Source: Epithemia pelagica
Taxonomy: Eukaryota > Protista > Bacillariophyta
Direction: 5' to 3'
Assembly: GCA_946965045.2 (NCBI GenBank)
Contig: OX337238.1
Coordinates: forward strand, 3,162,001-3,226,000
Length of the DNA: 64,000 nt
The translations under genes were made by a program, and so were the position numbers. This document shows positions 32,482 through 44,439 of this stretch, piece after piece. Under the pieces are notes generated by a model. It made no database searches and was not told where the DNA came from. It worked only from the letters and a program-made list of their open reading frames with translations. Every line of letters begins with the position of its first letter. Position 1 is the first letter of the stretch.

Positions 32482-33414
32482 ATGGATCTCATCAAGGACG
32501 GTTGGTTTCACGAACGTGGTACCTTGTGGCCCGGTCAAGCCTTTTCGTTGCAAATCAACAAGGTCTTGCATCATTCCAAGTCGCAATATCAAGATGTGTT
32601 GGTGGTGGAATCGACGCACTATGGCAATGTCTTGATTTTGGACGGTGTCATTCAAGTCACGGAACGCGATGAATGTTCCTATCAAGAAATGATGGCACAC
32701 ATTCCCCTCTTTTGCCATGCCAATCCCCAACGCGTCTTGGTGATTGGAGGCGGCGATGGTGGTGTGTTAAGGGAAATTGCCAAGCACGAGACGGTCACGG
32801 ACATTGTCATTTGTGAATTGGATCAAGTTGTCATGGATGTCTCCAAGGAATTTTTGCCCGGTTTGGCCAAGGGCTTTGACGATCCACGTGTCACGGTCCA
32901 TGTCATGGATGGCAATGTCTTCATGGCCGAAAATCAAGAATCCTTTGATGTAATCATTACCGATTCTTCCGATCCCGTCGGACCGGCCAGCGTCTTGTTT
33001 GAAACGCCTTTTTATCAAAACATGCATCGCAGTCTCAAACCGGGTGGCATTGTCTGTACCCAAGGCGAATGTCAATGGCTCCACTTGAACTTGATTCAAC
33101 CGCTAATGTCGAATATTGCCACCTTTTATCATTCCGTCGAATATGCCTATACGACCATTCCCAGTTATCCCAGTGGTCAAATTGGGTTCATTATCGCCAC
33201 CAAACAACCAGACGATGGTAGTACGGAGAAACGGTCGTGTCGTACTCCAGTGCGAGTTCCTTCCCCGGCCATGGCCGAGTCCCTGCAGTATTATACCTCG
33301 GAATTGCATTCGGCCGCCTTTGTCTTGCCCGCCTTTACCCAACGTGCCATTTATGGTAGTACCCAAACAAAGAAGAAGGACGACGACAAAGCCGAGGAGG
33401 AAACCACCAAGTAG
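32482..33414 (+). CDS. SPDS: Spermidine synthase (aminopropyltransferase)
   Basis: LDGVIQVTERDECSYQEM, VLVIGGGDGGVLRE and FDVIITDSSDPVGPA signature motifs; 310 aa. Confidence 0.96.
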   Translation: MDLIKDGWFHERGTLWPGQAFSLQINKVLHHSKSQYQDVLVVESTHYGNVLILDGVIQVTERDECSYQEMMAHIPLFCHANPQRVLVIGGGDGGVLREIAKHETVTDIVICELDQVVMDVSKEFLPGLAKGFDDPRVTVHVMDGNVFMAENQESFDVIITDSSDPVGPASVLFETPFYQNMHRSLKPGGIVCTQGECQWLHLNLIQPLMSNIATFYHSVEYAYTTIPSYPSGQIGFIIATKQPDDGSTEKRSCRTPVRVPSPAMAESLQYYTSELHSAAFVLPAFTQRAIYGSTQTKKKDDDKAEEETTK

Positions 33415-33967
33415 TACACCGCACCTACGACACCCACCACACGACACACACACAAGTCTGATACCAAGACACACAGAAGGTGATGAGGAAAGAGTATTTG
33501 TAGTAATGCTATTTGGAATCGTGCTCGTTGGTTGGGTGAGACCGACAGTGGGTCCTGGACCTTTGTCTACGAATAGATCTATCCAATCATTATTTACCAT
33601 TGAGTCTTTTACACATTTCTCTAGATATATATAGGATTCTCTCGGATACAACCTAGAATGTCACAGTTGTTGCTCAATACTTGCTGTTGTTGTTGTTCTT
33701 GTGAAAGGTTTTTTCCCGAACGCATGCTGCCCTCTCGAGATCTTTTTGAGGAGGGACAAAAACGGTCTATGATGGTGGTTCTCCACAAGAGACAAGATAG
33801 AAAAAGATGGATGCAGTGTCGAATGCTTTGGAACTAGGTAGTACTTGTAGTCGTATATCGTTCTCTCTATGTTCATTGCTTTTTATAGTAGTTTCCCCCC
33901 ATTTATTACAGACACGGTCCGTTCGTGTCCCCATGACTGGTGTATAAGAAGTAGTCTCATGATTTGG

Positions 33968-36709
33968 TTAGGATGCTTGTCCTTCCAATCGTCGCTTGAG
34001 CAATTTGATGCGCGGTCCACCGCGTGCCGGTTTGGCATTTGCCGCTGTATCCGACGACGACGAGGAGGACGATGTGGAGGATGCGGATGCAGACGAGGAT
34101 GCCGAAGACGCATCCGAAGACGGGGATGACACGACCAAGACGGTCGATCCTTGCATTCCGGGATGGGCCGGTGAGGTCATGGTAGCCACATCGCGTTGGT
34201 AATACAATGAAGAACCGTCCTCTTCCACGATTGGTGTGGCGGTTGCCGGAAGTTTGCGCTTTTTGCTGCTAGCCTCGTCGTTCCGGACCATCCATGCGGT
34301 GGGAGGAGGAGGTCCGGAGGATGGGTGGACCACCACTGGTCCATATCCAGAAGCGGCCGTGGTATGCGTCGGTTGTGGCGGGAGACTGGTGTCATAGTGC
34401 TGCTGCGTATGAGCATAGGGTTGTGGTGCAAAGGCCGTCACGGAAGCAGTGGTGGAGGCGGACGACCCCGAAGCGGCCGAATCGGTGCTCAAATGTCGAT
34501 GCGCGACGGTGGGAGGATGCTGCTGCTGGGGACTGGAAGAGGAGTGGTTCTGGGTATTCTTGTGATTGGCAGTGTGACTGTGACTGCTACTGCTTTCCTT
34601 GGTCGTATTGCGGACACGCAATTCGGGTGCGCCTTCTCGGAGGGCCTGTGAGGTTTTTTCGCGGGCCTTGACATTGCCGACATCGTGCCAAACGCCCGAA
34701 GCATCCTTTTTGAGAAAACGGCCCCCGAGTTGTCGAACTTGGGCGACAATGTGGGTGGCAATTTGGGGCTTGTGCCGTCGCTTGGCCAAAATATAGGCCG
34801 GTTGACAAGCCTTGACCAATTGCCGATACTTGACATTGCCCGAATGATGATTCGTCTCCCCGCCCCGACCACACAAGACATCGTGACGATTCAATTCCGC
34901 AATCGGTAACGCCGTACTGTTCTTGGCGTTTTTGCTCTTGTTGTTTTTGTTGTTGGAAGAAGCCTCGGAGGATGGTTGCTCTGGTTCTGGATGGTCCTCC
35001 AAGGGCACTGCAGCATCTCCCTCGAGCACAACCGGCTGGTGTTGTTGCTGCTGGGCAACGGATCGCAACAACTCCTTCAACTCATCGAGAATCAATTCGC
35101 CATCGGCCGTGACGCCCATGAGTTTCTTGTTCTTGTTGCTCTCGTGGTGATTGGAAGGATTCGACGGCAAAGAAGGACCAGCATCCGTCGTAGTGTTTGT
35201 GGTTGGCCGGAGGCCATTCGTCCCCATTCCCAATACAGTTTGCGACGATTCTGGGGTCGGTGGTGGTACTCCGGTGGTACTAGTACTCGTACTTGTGGTT
35301 GCGGTGGGGAGGGCAGATCGTCCTTCGGCAACCAGAGGAGGACGCGGATACTCGTGGTGCCGTGGATAGGGACTGCCTCGAGGTGGCACGGATGGCAAAA
35401 AGGATCCATCGGCACTCGAATAGTGCGAAGGAACGGCCTGTGGTGGGGGACTTTGTCGAGCGTGGTGGTGATGATGAGACGACGACGAAGGATGTGGATG
35501 AACCAACGAGGCATGAGGATGATGCTGTGATGGCGGTGCTGCTTCGGGATGTGCGGCAGCAGTTGGATGGGATCCATAGGTGGAGGGAGCATGCTGGACC
35601 ACCACATAGGAATGAGCATGATGATGAGAATGATGATGAGAAGGACCTTGAGGAGGAGGAGGAGCATGATGGTGGTGGTGTTGTCCTTGCAACGACGCAT
35701 GCTGTTGTTGGTGCGAGGCATACAAAGAAGGAGGCTGGTGCGGCGCATGAGAAGGAGAACGAGCCGGCGAGGCAGGCACCTCGGAAGAAGAAGGAGGAAC
35801 ATGTACTTGAGAACCATACCAGGCCGCCGCCGCCGAAGGGTGATGCTGTGAAGGAGGCGGAGAACGACAGGGTCGCATGCCGTGAGGAGAAGCCGCCTGT
35901 GGCACTGCCGAATAGACCATGACTGGACTGCTTCGATAGGCAGAAGCATGACTACTACTGGGAGGAAGAGCATGATAGGCCGCATGGTGCGCTGCTGGAG
36001 GAGGATGCGGCGAGTATCGGAGCATGGTGTTGTGAGGAGGAGCCGTGGAAGGAGGAGGAGGATCATGAGAACTAGAGGTAGCACCAGGATCCCTCCTGGC
36101 TTGTCCTTCTTCTTGTTCTTCCTGGTGCGGATAGGAACTGTGGGGTCCATGAGACTGCGCATGATCTTGACCTGGAGGAGCATGTGACACAACGTGAGGA
36201 GGAGGATAACTGACAAATGTTCGTGGTCTTCGCATATCATCATCGTCGTCTTGTCCGGTTCCTGATGCGGCTACTGCTTCCACGCGGTGTTGTTGCTGTT
36301 GCTGTGGTGGTACCTCCACTCCATCTGGCACCACCCCTCGAGAAGAATCACGTGGAGCACTTGCTGCTGCTGCGGATGCTTCGGAACGCTCCGAGTTTGA
36401 CGATGCTGGTGGAGGAACCAACACCGTTCCGTGTGTCGTAGTGCTGGTGGTGACATGACTTGGAGGAGGACTACTACTCGAAGCAGCAGCACTACTCGCC
36501 AAACCAGGAGTGTTTCCTGGACTTTGCGAGACTGCGGGGGGAAGCAGTGTCGAGGAGGAAGAATGACTGGCCCATGGCGCTGCTGCTGTGGTTGTGGGAG
36601 CCGACAACGACGACGACGATTGCTTGGTAGCGAGCAAGGCGGCCACGGCCGCTTGTTCGTTGCCTTCCAAATGGGCCACGGCCAAGGCAATACTTTCCAA
36701 TCCAGACAT
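33968..36709 (-). CDS. Low-complexity His/Pro/Ser-rich protein with DUF6824 domain
   Basis: HDVLCGRGGETNHHSGNVKYRQLV...GGRFLKK...WHDVGNVKAREKTSQALRE is the diatom-expanded DUF6824 pattern. Likely start MSGLESIALAV at 36709. Confidence 0.82.
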   Translation of the reverse strand: MSGLESIALAVAHLEGNEQAAVAALLATKQSSSSLSAPTTTAAAPWASHSSSSTLLPPAVSQSPGNTPGLASSAAASSSSPPPSHVTTSTTTHGTVLVPPPASSNSERSEASAAAASAPRDSSRGVVPDGVEVPPQQQQQHRVEAVAASGTGQDDDDDMRRPRTFVSYPPPHVVSHAPPGQDHAQSHGPHSSYPHQEEQEEGQARRDPGATSSSHDPPPPSTAPPHNTMLRYSPHPPPAAHHAAYHALPPSSSHASAYRSSPVMVYSAVPQAASPHGMRPCRSPPPSQHHPSAAAAWYGSQVHVPPSSSEVPASPARSPSHAPHQPPSLYASHQQQHASLQGQHHHHHAPPPPQGPSHHHSHHHAHSYVVVQHAPSTYGSHPTAAAHPEAAPPSQHHPHASLVHPHPSSSSHHHHHARQSPPPQAVPSHYSSADGSFLPSVPPRGSPYPRHHEYPRPPLVAEGRSALPTATTSTSTSTTGVPPPTPESSQTVLGMGTNGLRPTTNTTTDAGPSLPSNPSNHHESNKNKKLMGVTADGELILDELKELLRSVAQQQQHQPVVLEGDAAVPLEDHPEPEQPSSEASSNNKNNKSKNAKNSTALPIAELNRHDVLCGRGGETNHHSGNVKYRQLVKACQPAYILAKRRHKPQIATHIVAQVRQLGGRFLKKDASGVWHDVGNVKAREKTSQALREGAPELRVRNTTKESSSSHSHTANHKNTQNHSSSSPQQQHPPTVAHRHLSTDSAASGSSASTTASVTAFAPQPYAHTQQHYDTSLPPQPTHTTAASGYGPVVVHPSSGPPPPTAWMVRNDEASSKKRKLPATATPIVEEDGSSLYYQRDVATMTSPAHPGMQGSTVLVVSSPSSDASSASSSASASSTSSSSSSSDTAANAKPARGGPRIKLLKRRLEGQAS

Positions 36710-38302
36710 GCTTTTGGAAGTAGTACTAGTATTGGCTGGTGCTGCTTCACACACTCTCTCTTCCAAATGTCCTGCACTTGTCCTTGACGTTGTCTCTTTA
36801 ACGAAACCTACTACGATCCAGTCCAACAATCTCCAAACAACCCAAAGCAAGTCTCTCTTGAGACAGCAATTAAATACCCCAACACCACAAAAGAGAGAGA
36901 GACGCCGATCAAGTGATTGGGTTGTCGCAAACGCAAGACACACACACACGACGCTGTGTGCTGCCGCTGCCACCAGCGAAGAGAATCAATTTTGTCCCTA
37001 CCGAACACGGGTATTAGTTCTTTGTAGTGTAGGCTGTACAGACAAGGCATGCGCCTTCGCGCCGGCCTCTCCTACACCTTTCCTGACACTCGCTTTTCCG
37101 GGACGAGGAGAATTTGGACCCAATTTTGGGTGGATCGTGGGCATGGCACGATGACTTTCGGTTCAATCGTGTCGTGCTGGTACACTGTGGTTCTAGACTC
37201 GCTATCCACGACTAGATACCAATCCACGATCCACCATTTCTCAACGCACCTCGTGTACGTACCGAAACTCCCGAGAGGTCGTGAAACTTGTCCCATGTCA
37301 GGGACAATCGAATCGACATCGAACTCGTGGTTGTCTCCAATCGTACCTTTCATGGAGGAGTGTCCCAAATCTTCCGACGGACGTGCCCCAAATTTTCAAT
37401 CTTGGATTTCCACGCGCCCGCGCTCTTCGGTGGGCTTCGCCCCAGGATGTGGCAGTTACGCAACAGTTGAACTCTGGTGGTCTTCGCCACTCCGTAATCC
37501 TAACAGGGCACGAGTTCGGTCTGTCACCCCTCCAGACAACTACCGAATCCTCGCCAAACCGATCACGATTGGAGCGCCGTCCGGGCCATAATGATTCGTA
37601 TCCGCACGTGCCATAGGGTGGGAATTCTTGGTCCACGACTGACGGACCACGGGACGACTCCGACGACATCCCCCATTTCGGGGGGACGACACACACACAT
37701 CGAACCCAAAAGACCACGACTGTCACACTTGTGTCCGTCTGTCTGTCTGTCAGGGACAGAGAAGCTAGCTAGGAGTACTAGAATACGATGGACCGACCTA
37801 GTAGGAGTAGGTAGTGATAGGTAGGCGCAGGATGCCTATCCATCTACGAGTAGACGAGAGTCCAGAAGCGTTGGGAGTCGACGTATTCGAACATATTCTA
37901 CTGTCTTATAGAGGTAAGTAAGTAGAGACCCTCGTTTTGGGGATGCTTCGTTCCAAACGAATGGAGGCAGTCTCACACTTATGGAGGGACTGTGCGTAGG
38001 ATTGGAAACGAACCGTTCCTGGTCCTTTCGGAACGACGACCCACGTCCAACCAGAAACGCTTCTGAACACACCGCGTGGATCCACAACAACAACAACAAG
38101 TGCCTTTCGTGTGCGACAGGAGTGATTGTAGTATAGAAGTACCCCTCTACCGAGTAAGGAAACGGTCATCTGGCAATCCTGGCGTCGTGGTTGGTTCTTG
38201 TGGCACACGTCGTCCACCCACCAATCGATGCAGTACTAGTAGGGAAATGGTTCACACACAAACACTTGCCTGCTGCTATCCTTGTGGTTCGTACGGAACA
38301 AC

Positions 38303-39960
38303 CTATACCAGTGTCGTATCTCGACCACAGCACTGGTGTGTCATCCATCCCAAGAGCACATCCCAGACCGTGTCATCCCTTCTTCTTCTTTGTGTCGTTG
38401 GTTCTGGTTGGATGTACGACGAGACTTGGGTTGGAGTAGTGTTCCAATGCTGCGCGTGGTGGGGAGACTTGGTGTTGTTGTTGTTGTTCTTCTTCGTATT
38501 GGTAGTAGAAGGGAACGTTGGAGTCGTCGCTTGTTGTGGTGGTGGTGGCGGAGCAAAATGGGAGGATCCCGTTGTGATTCTTGGACATGACAACGACAAG
38601 GATGACGAATCTACCTCGGTGTGGGGGTGAGTCACGGGATAGAATGGTTTGGGTGGTGGTGGTGGTTGGGGATGATTCCTGCTGTGATTGGAAATGTCGT
38701 CTTGTTGTTGTTGTTGTTGTTGGGCGACGGAGGAATGCTGTACCGCTTGTTCGTTTGGCTCTTGTTGCGGTTTGGCAACTATTAGTGGGTGTTTGTGTCG
38801 CCGTGATGGTGAGGAGGATTCTGGACCGGCATTGTCGTGTTGTTGTTGTTGTTGTTTCGGGGTGGTCATTGTCATCGTCGTTTGTGTCTTTTCGTGTTGT
38901 TGTTGTTTCAACTGTTGTTGTTGTTGCTGCTGTTTCTTGTCTCGTTGCAATTTGGCATAGGAATCCAAATGTGTGGCTGTTTCAAAGGCCATGTGCTTCC
39001 ATTCCGGAATGGAAACGAGCGACTGGGCTTGAGATGGTGACTGCTGCTGCTGCTGCAATGTTGTTGTGTGGTCTTTTTCGACTGGTTGTGCCACCTGATA
39101 CTGGCGTGGCATGGGATAGGGCTGTGGTTCAACGTTCTTGTGGTGGTTGTCCTGTTGTCGGCCGACGGACGACACCCGAGGGGGAGGTCGTACCAGTCCG
39201 TGCGAATCTTGTTCTTGATCGGTACTTTGACTACAGCAATCCGCACCAAGCACCAACATTTAAACAAACAAACATGAGAGGACCCGAGCAATGGGATGCA
39301 CAAGCACAACCACCGAACTACGTACCCCGCCGACGAAGACGACGATCCCGCAAAACTGGTTCCCTGCAACCCCGACGACAGACTGGTGGTCAGGGAGGTA
39401 TCCGAGGGTGTCACCACCGAGTGCCAATCGCCAGTACTTTGCAATTCAGACTCGGAACTGCTCACGATCCACGACAAGGACGATAGAGACGACGACGACG
39501 AAGAAGATTCTCCCGTCCATTGTTGTTGTGGTGGTGATTCTTGTGGCGGCAAGGTGGAACGGTCCAATCCTTCGTGCTGCAAGACCGAGGTCAATTCCTT
39601 CCACTCCTGCGTCTCTTGCTGAATTCGTTTCGGGTTCTTTTTCTTGTTGCGAAGAGTCTCGAAAGTCGTCGTTGGACGACGACTGTCGGTGGATTCTCCC
39701 GTGGTGGTCGATCCACTCGTCTCTACACTGACACTGCTGCTCTGGGAGGAATACGAGAGAGTACTGCTGCTGTGGTCCGAGGCCCATTCGCTGCCACCAT
39801 AGGCGAGGGATGGTTGTTGGTGTCGTTGTTGTGCTTGTCGTTGCTGTTCGGAGGCACGTCGGCCCCGACGACGACGACGACGACCCAACAACAAAGAGGA
39901 GGAGGATAGATTGGGAGCATGATCCTCAAAGACATAGTGGGTTGCGGTGGCGGTTGCCAT
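38303..39960 (-). CDS. Low-complexity Ser/Gln-rich hypothetical protein, 2 exons (39960-39326, 39230-38303)
   Basis: A 95-bp GT-AG intron (39325-39231) joins the two overlapping long ORFs in frame (SSAG|QSTDQ), giving about 520 aa. No recognisable domain. Confidence 0.5.
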
Positions 39961-40365
39961 GATGGTGATGCTTGCTGAACTGGAGAGAGAAAATCAACAA
40001 AGTGCCTTCACCGAGAGGAACAATGAAAGAAGAATGAAGGAACCCACCAATTCTAGCATGTGTCTCCAGCAGCAGCTAGTATGGATCCAGGATTGATCCA
40101 CGAAACGTTAATGCTTTTTCCCTGGTGGGAAGGCGCCATGAGAGAGAGAAAGCCTTGTTTGCGCTTTGGGGATCTGTTCGGTTCCTCTTCGTTGTGGATT
40201 CCGCGAAACTAAATGACAAGATGAATGTCTGTTGAAGTGTCCGGTGTGCTCGCGAGAGAAACCGTTCGACTCCGTGTGGTTTCTCTGGGCTATGTATTGA
40301 AGTATGCCCCCGCTGGCATTCTCGGTTCTTGGCCGGGCGGCTCTCTTTTGATTCCCGCGTGATGG

Positions 40366-40447
40366 AACGGATCCCGGGACCTCCAGTCGCGCATTCGATG
40401 TGTGCCAACGGATCCCGGGACCTCCAGTCGCGCATTCGATGTGTGCC
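40366..40447. repeat. 41-bp perfect tandem duplication
   Basis: aacggatcccgggacctccagtcgcgcattcgatgtgtgcc at 40366 and 40407. Confidence 0.92.
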
Positions 40448-40578
40448 AGGTTCCGTCCTTCCTTTGATTCACCAGAATGGGGACTCTTTCGGCCCACGCA
40501 ATTGTACAATACTCGTAGTGTACAAAACAGTCGAGTTCGAACTTGGGGGTGGTGTTTGGTACGTGTCCGGTTGGGATA

Positions 40579-41160
40579 GGGTAAGCCGATCCATGTTCGG
40601 CTAAGTAGGTTCGGTACAAAAGCTACGTAGCGTACATAAAATCCCATAGTACACGTCATACCTGAAATGGTGGGAAGTCCGAAAAAATGCAAAAACACTC
40701 CACGATGACGGCGAGATCCGTTGATGCCGCATGCATTTACCGATGCATCGCATCAACATCCTACTACTGTAAGTTGTTTGAGTTTGCTAGTATTACTGTG
40801 TTCTGCAGTTACAGAAGATTTGTCCCGTTGGATCAAAAGGTATGCTCATTTTTCTGTGGTGCTGTAATCCAAAAACCTTCCAAACTCACTCATTTTTCAA
40901 TGCTGACTCGACCGAATTGAAAGCATAGTCACTCTAGTAGTAAATAATCAAATAGTCAAAGCGGTAGAGTCAAGCTCTATTATTGAGGAAGTTATGGCCA
41001 TGGGGGTGACGGCTTCCACCATTGTCGAGCGATGGCTTCCGGTTGCATTGCAGCAAGTTTTCGATTTGTGACCATTCGCCCCACTTGTTACAGTGATGAA
41101 AATAGTACTACGTTGCTTAATGTACTGAGCCTACTTAGCCGAACATGGATCGGCTTACCC
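40579..41160. mobile_element. MITE-like non-autonomous element with long terminal inverted repeats
   Basis: gggtaagccgatccatgttcggctaagtagg at 40579 is the exact reverse complement of the 31 bp ending at 41160, with imperfect extension to about 55 bp; AT-rich non-coding interior. TSD not resolved. Confidence 0.65.
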
Positions 41161-42048
41161 AGCCCTTAGTACTGCTCTACGACTATTATTGTATCAGAAA
41201 TATAGATAAGTCAGCCCTTCTGTAGTTCCCCAAAGCCTCAGCGAAGGCCGGCGAGGGATTGCATGAAATACTTAGGGATGATCGCGCCCGTCGGTCCATC
41301 TGGAGATTTGGGGGAGCGAGAGTTCCACGTACCCACTACCCAACGGTCCAGGATGAGAAAGTTGCAAAGAAGAAGAGATGGTAGCTCGATGGGATGTTTG
41401 GTGTGTGAAAGAGGGTGTAGTGACCCGACGATGCTGGGATGCTGGCACAACCAACAACGTTTGTCGTTCCTACTTTTTTTCGGTTTGGTCCAACAAGAGA
41501 CCACGCAGTGTTCTTCTCTTCCTTGTTGTTGTATTTGTCTTGTGTCTTCTTGTTGTTGTTGTTCTGACAGTACTCCATTGTTGGTTGGAACCTGCAGCGA
41601 CAATCTCTTTTACCAAACCACACAACACTAGACGTTCTCTTCCACGAGAGACACACTTGCGCATACGATTGACTTGAGGGCAACGCACACACTACCCGAA
41701 CGACAATCTCTTGCCTCTGCTGCACCTCTTTTGGCAGGGTCCATCCGTGGAAAAACCAAACCACCACTTTTGTCTCCTCCTCCTCCAACAAGAGAAACAG
41801 CCGCAGCAGCAGCAACTCTCCAATCCATTCCAATCCAACCAAAAACCAAACCACCCCCCAAAACCCATCCAACAATAATAACCATCCATTGGTTTGCCAC
41901 GGCCAGTCATTTTCCCACCAGCCAAGAAGAATTGCGTGGACCGACTCGTACCAAACCAACCAACAACTCGAACAACCAGAGGCACCAGAGAGACGTCAAC
42001 AACCACAACGTGTTTCATCCTGGAACCACCAATACTACTAGCAGCAAT

Positions 42049-44439
42049 ATGCCTGCTCCTGCGAAAATTGCCGGAACCATTCGGTCCAAAAATCCCCTCA
42101 AGGGAGCCGTCGAAGTCTTGCCGGTGCGTGTGCTGTTGTCGTTGTCGTCGTGTGGAAGAAAGGAATGGAGAGAGTTGTGTTGGAGTGTCGAGGCTCCAGG
42201 AGTTACGTTTCGTTGGTCCTTTTTTCTCACGTCTTTCTTTGGTTTGTTGCTCTTTTTGTTTGTGTGTTTTCCATGGCTCTCGTTCTCTTGGTTCTCTGCT
42301 TTCGATTTCGTTGCACGTCTCTGGCGTCCTTGTCGTCGTTCATGGTCTTTTCCTTTGTGTGTATCGTTGTCACTGCAAATTTTGTCTTGTGTGCGTGTAT
42401 GGTCTCGGTGTCTGCGTTTGGTTCCGGTGGTTGGTGCCCTTCTCCTCCTGCTGCTGCTGTTGTCATCGTCTCTTGTTGTTGGTTGGTTGGTTTGCTTGCA
42501 TCGATGCCATATGTGTCTCTCGACAACTCTTATTATTATTACAGGAACGCTTGTATTATGCCGCCTTGAAACAGCCGCCGCCCAGTCACAATATCTTGGC
42601 CTCGACACCCAAACGCGATCCCTCCTTGCCCAAGGAAAAGCGGCAGATTCATTTCTTTAACATGGATCAAGAATTGGTCTATTGGAATTTCTTTTTGGAT
42701 TTTGGACCGCTCAATCTCGGACAATTGACGCGCTTTTGTCACAAGCTCAATGACAAGATGCGCAAATTTCCCGTCGTGTGTTTTTACAGCAGCACGCAAC
42801 CGGCCAAACGAGCCAATGCCCAATTTCTCATTTGTGCCTGGCAAGTCTTGTACTTGAAACGATCGCCGTCGCAAGCCTATAGTGGCTTTGTCACACCCTC
42901 TCCGGCCAGTCCGCAACGGCCGGGCACCAACCATATGATGGTAGATACGGCAAATGGCGATTACGACGGGGCCGCTCCAGCGTCGCCCAATCCCTATACG
43001 CACGCCTTTTGTGGAAGCAGCACGGCCAATCAAGCCGGCTTGCATCACTCCTTGCCACCCATTTCGCAATCGCAGGGGGCCCCAACCGTGGCACCCCTCC
43101 CACCCTTTCACGATGCCTCGCCCGTCGCCTGTACCTACGATTTGAGTGTCGTGGATTGTTTGGACGGTCTCGTCAAGGCCGTCCAATTTGGCTTTTGGAA
43201 CATTGACGACTTTGATTTGGAAGAATACGAACATTTTGAACAAGTGGAGGTATGTATGGTGTTGTGTTGTATTGTATTGTATTGTATGGAGTGGTGACGC
43301 GACTTGCTGTGTTGCATCGAGTGTATGGAGTGGACAATTGTGCGATGAGGCAAGAATGGAACATGGTCGGGTGTGTGTTCTCTTGTCGTGTCTCGGTGTG
43401 ACCCACGAGCCTTGTGTCCATGCTGCACTTTTTGTTGGATGTTGTGCAAATACCTCACCGCCAACCAACCTTGTTCTTGTTTCTTGTTGTTGTTCCCACA
43501 CAGAATGGCGATTTGAATTGGTTGGTCAAGGGTCGTATATTGGCCTTTGCCGGTCCTTCCTATCAACGACATGTCAGTCCCGAAGGATATTGTACCTTGG
43601 CCCCGGCCGATTACATTCCCCACTTCCAAGAAAAAAAGGTGGATTTGGTCGTGCGGCTCAACAAGAAAAATTATCACGAACGCGACTTTGAAAATGCCGG
43701 CATTCGACACGTCGAACATTTCTTTGTCGATGGATCCTGTCCCTCCATGAAGATTCTCAATGCCGTCTTGACCGATTTTGAAGCCGTGCCCGAAGACAAG
43801 GCCTTTGCCGTTCACTGCAAGGCGGGACTGGGACGAACGGGGACCTGTATTGGAGCCTATCTCATGAAACACTACCGCTTCACGGCGGCCGAAGTGATTG
43901 GATGGATGCGGATTTGTCGGCCCGGCTGTGTCATTGGACCGCAACAACAATTTTTACAAACCATTCAAGCGCGCATGTGGCAAGCGGGAGAAGCCCAGAA
44001 TATTCCCCGCAATCGATTCTTTCTCCAGTCGTCGCAAGCACAACAACAACAAAATCTTCCTCCCGAAAGTCCTCGACAACGGTTAACCAAAGATGCCGTC
44101 GAAGGACGGGCCGGACAAGGAGAATCGCTCTTGGCGGCACGAGCCGCTCGACAACAACATTCCAAAACAGCCGCAGGAGCAGCGACGAGTAGTAGTAGCA
44201 GTACACCGCTTCCCACCACACCCATTACGCCCGAACCCAAGGAGAAACGACCCACGATTATCACACCTGAATCCAGTGGGATGCATCCCAACAGCAACAA
44301 CCCTGCCTCGTCGTCCCAACTGAAATCCTCGGCCAACAACAGCAACAAGGGCACTAGCAGTAGCTGTGAAGATACGGCGGCGGCCATTGCCAACAGTGCC
44401 GTATGTGGAGGTGGTCCCTCCAGTACCTGGCTGTCGTGA
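42049..44439 (+). CDS. CDC14: CDC14 dual-specificity phosphatase, 3 exons (42049-42123, 42545-43249, 43504-44439), 571 aa
   Basis: FFLDFGPLNLG, FEQVE|NGDLNW, AVHCKAGLGRTGTCIG and WMRICRPGCVIGPQQQFL; both GT-AG introns are phase 0 and in frame. Confidence 0.95.

Noticed and set aside
3357-33414. SIT plus spermidine synthase as a silicification cluster
   Set aside because: They are 27 kb apart with unrelated genes between, and SPDS looks like the ordinary housekeeping enzyme without the fusions expected for long-chain polyamine synthesis.
37049-37726. Possible small spliced gene upstream of DUF6824
   Set aside because: Trial splicing gave no coherent or recognisable product.
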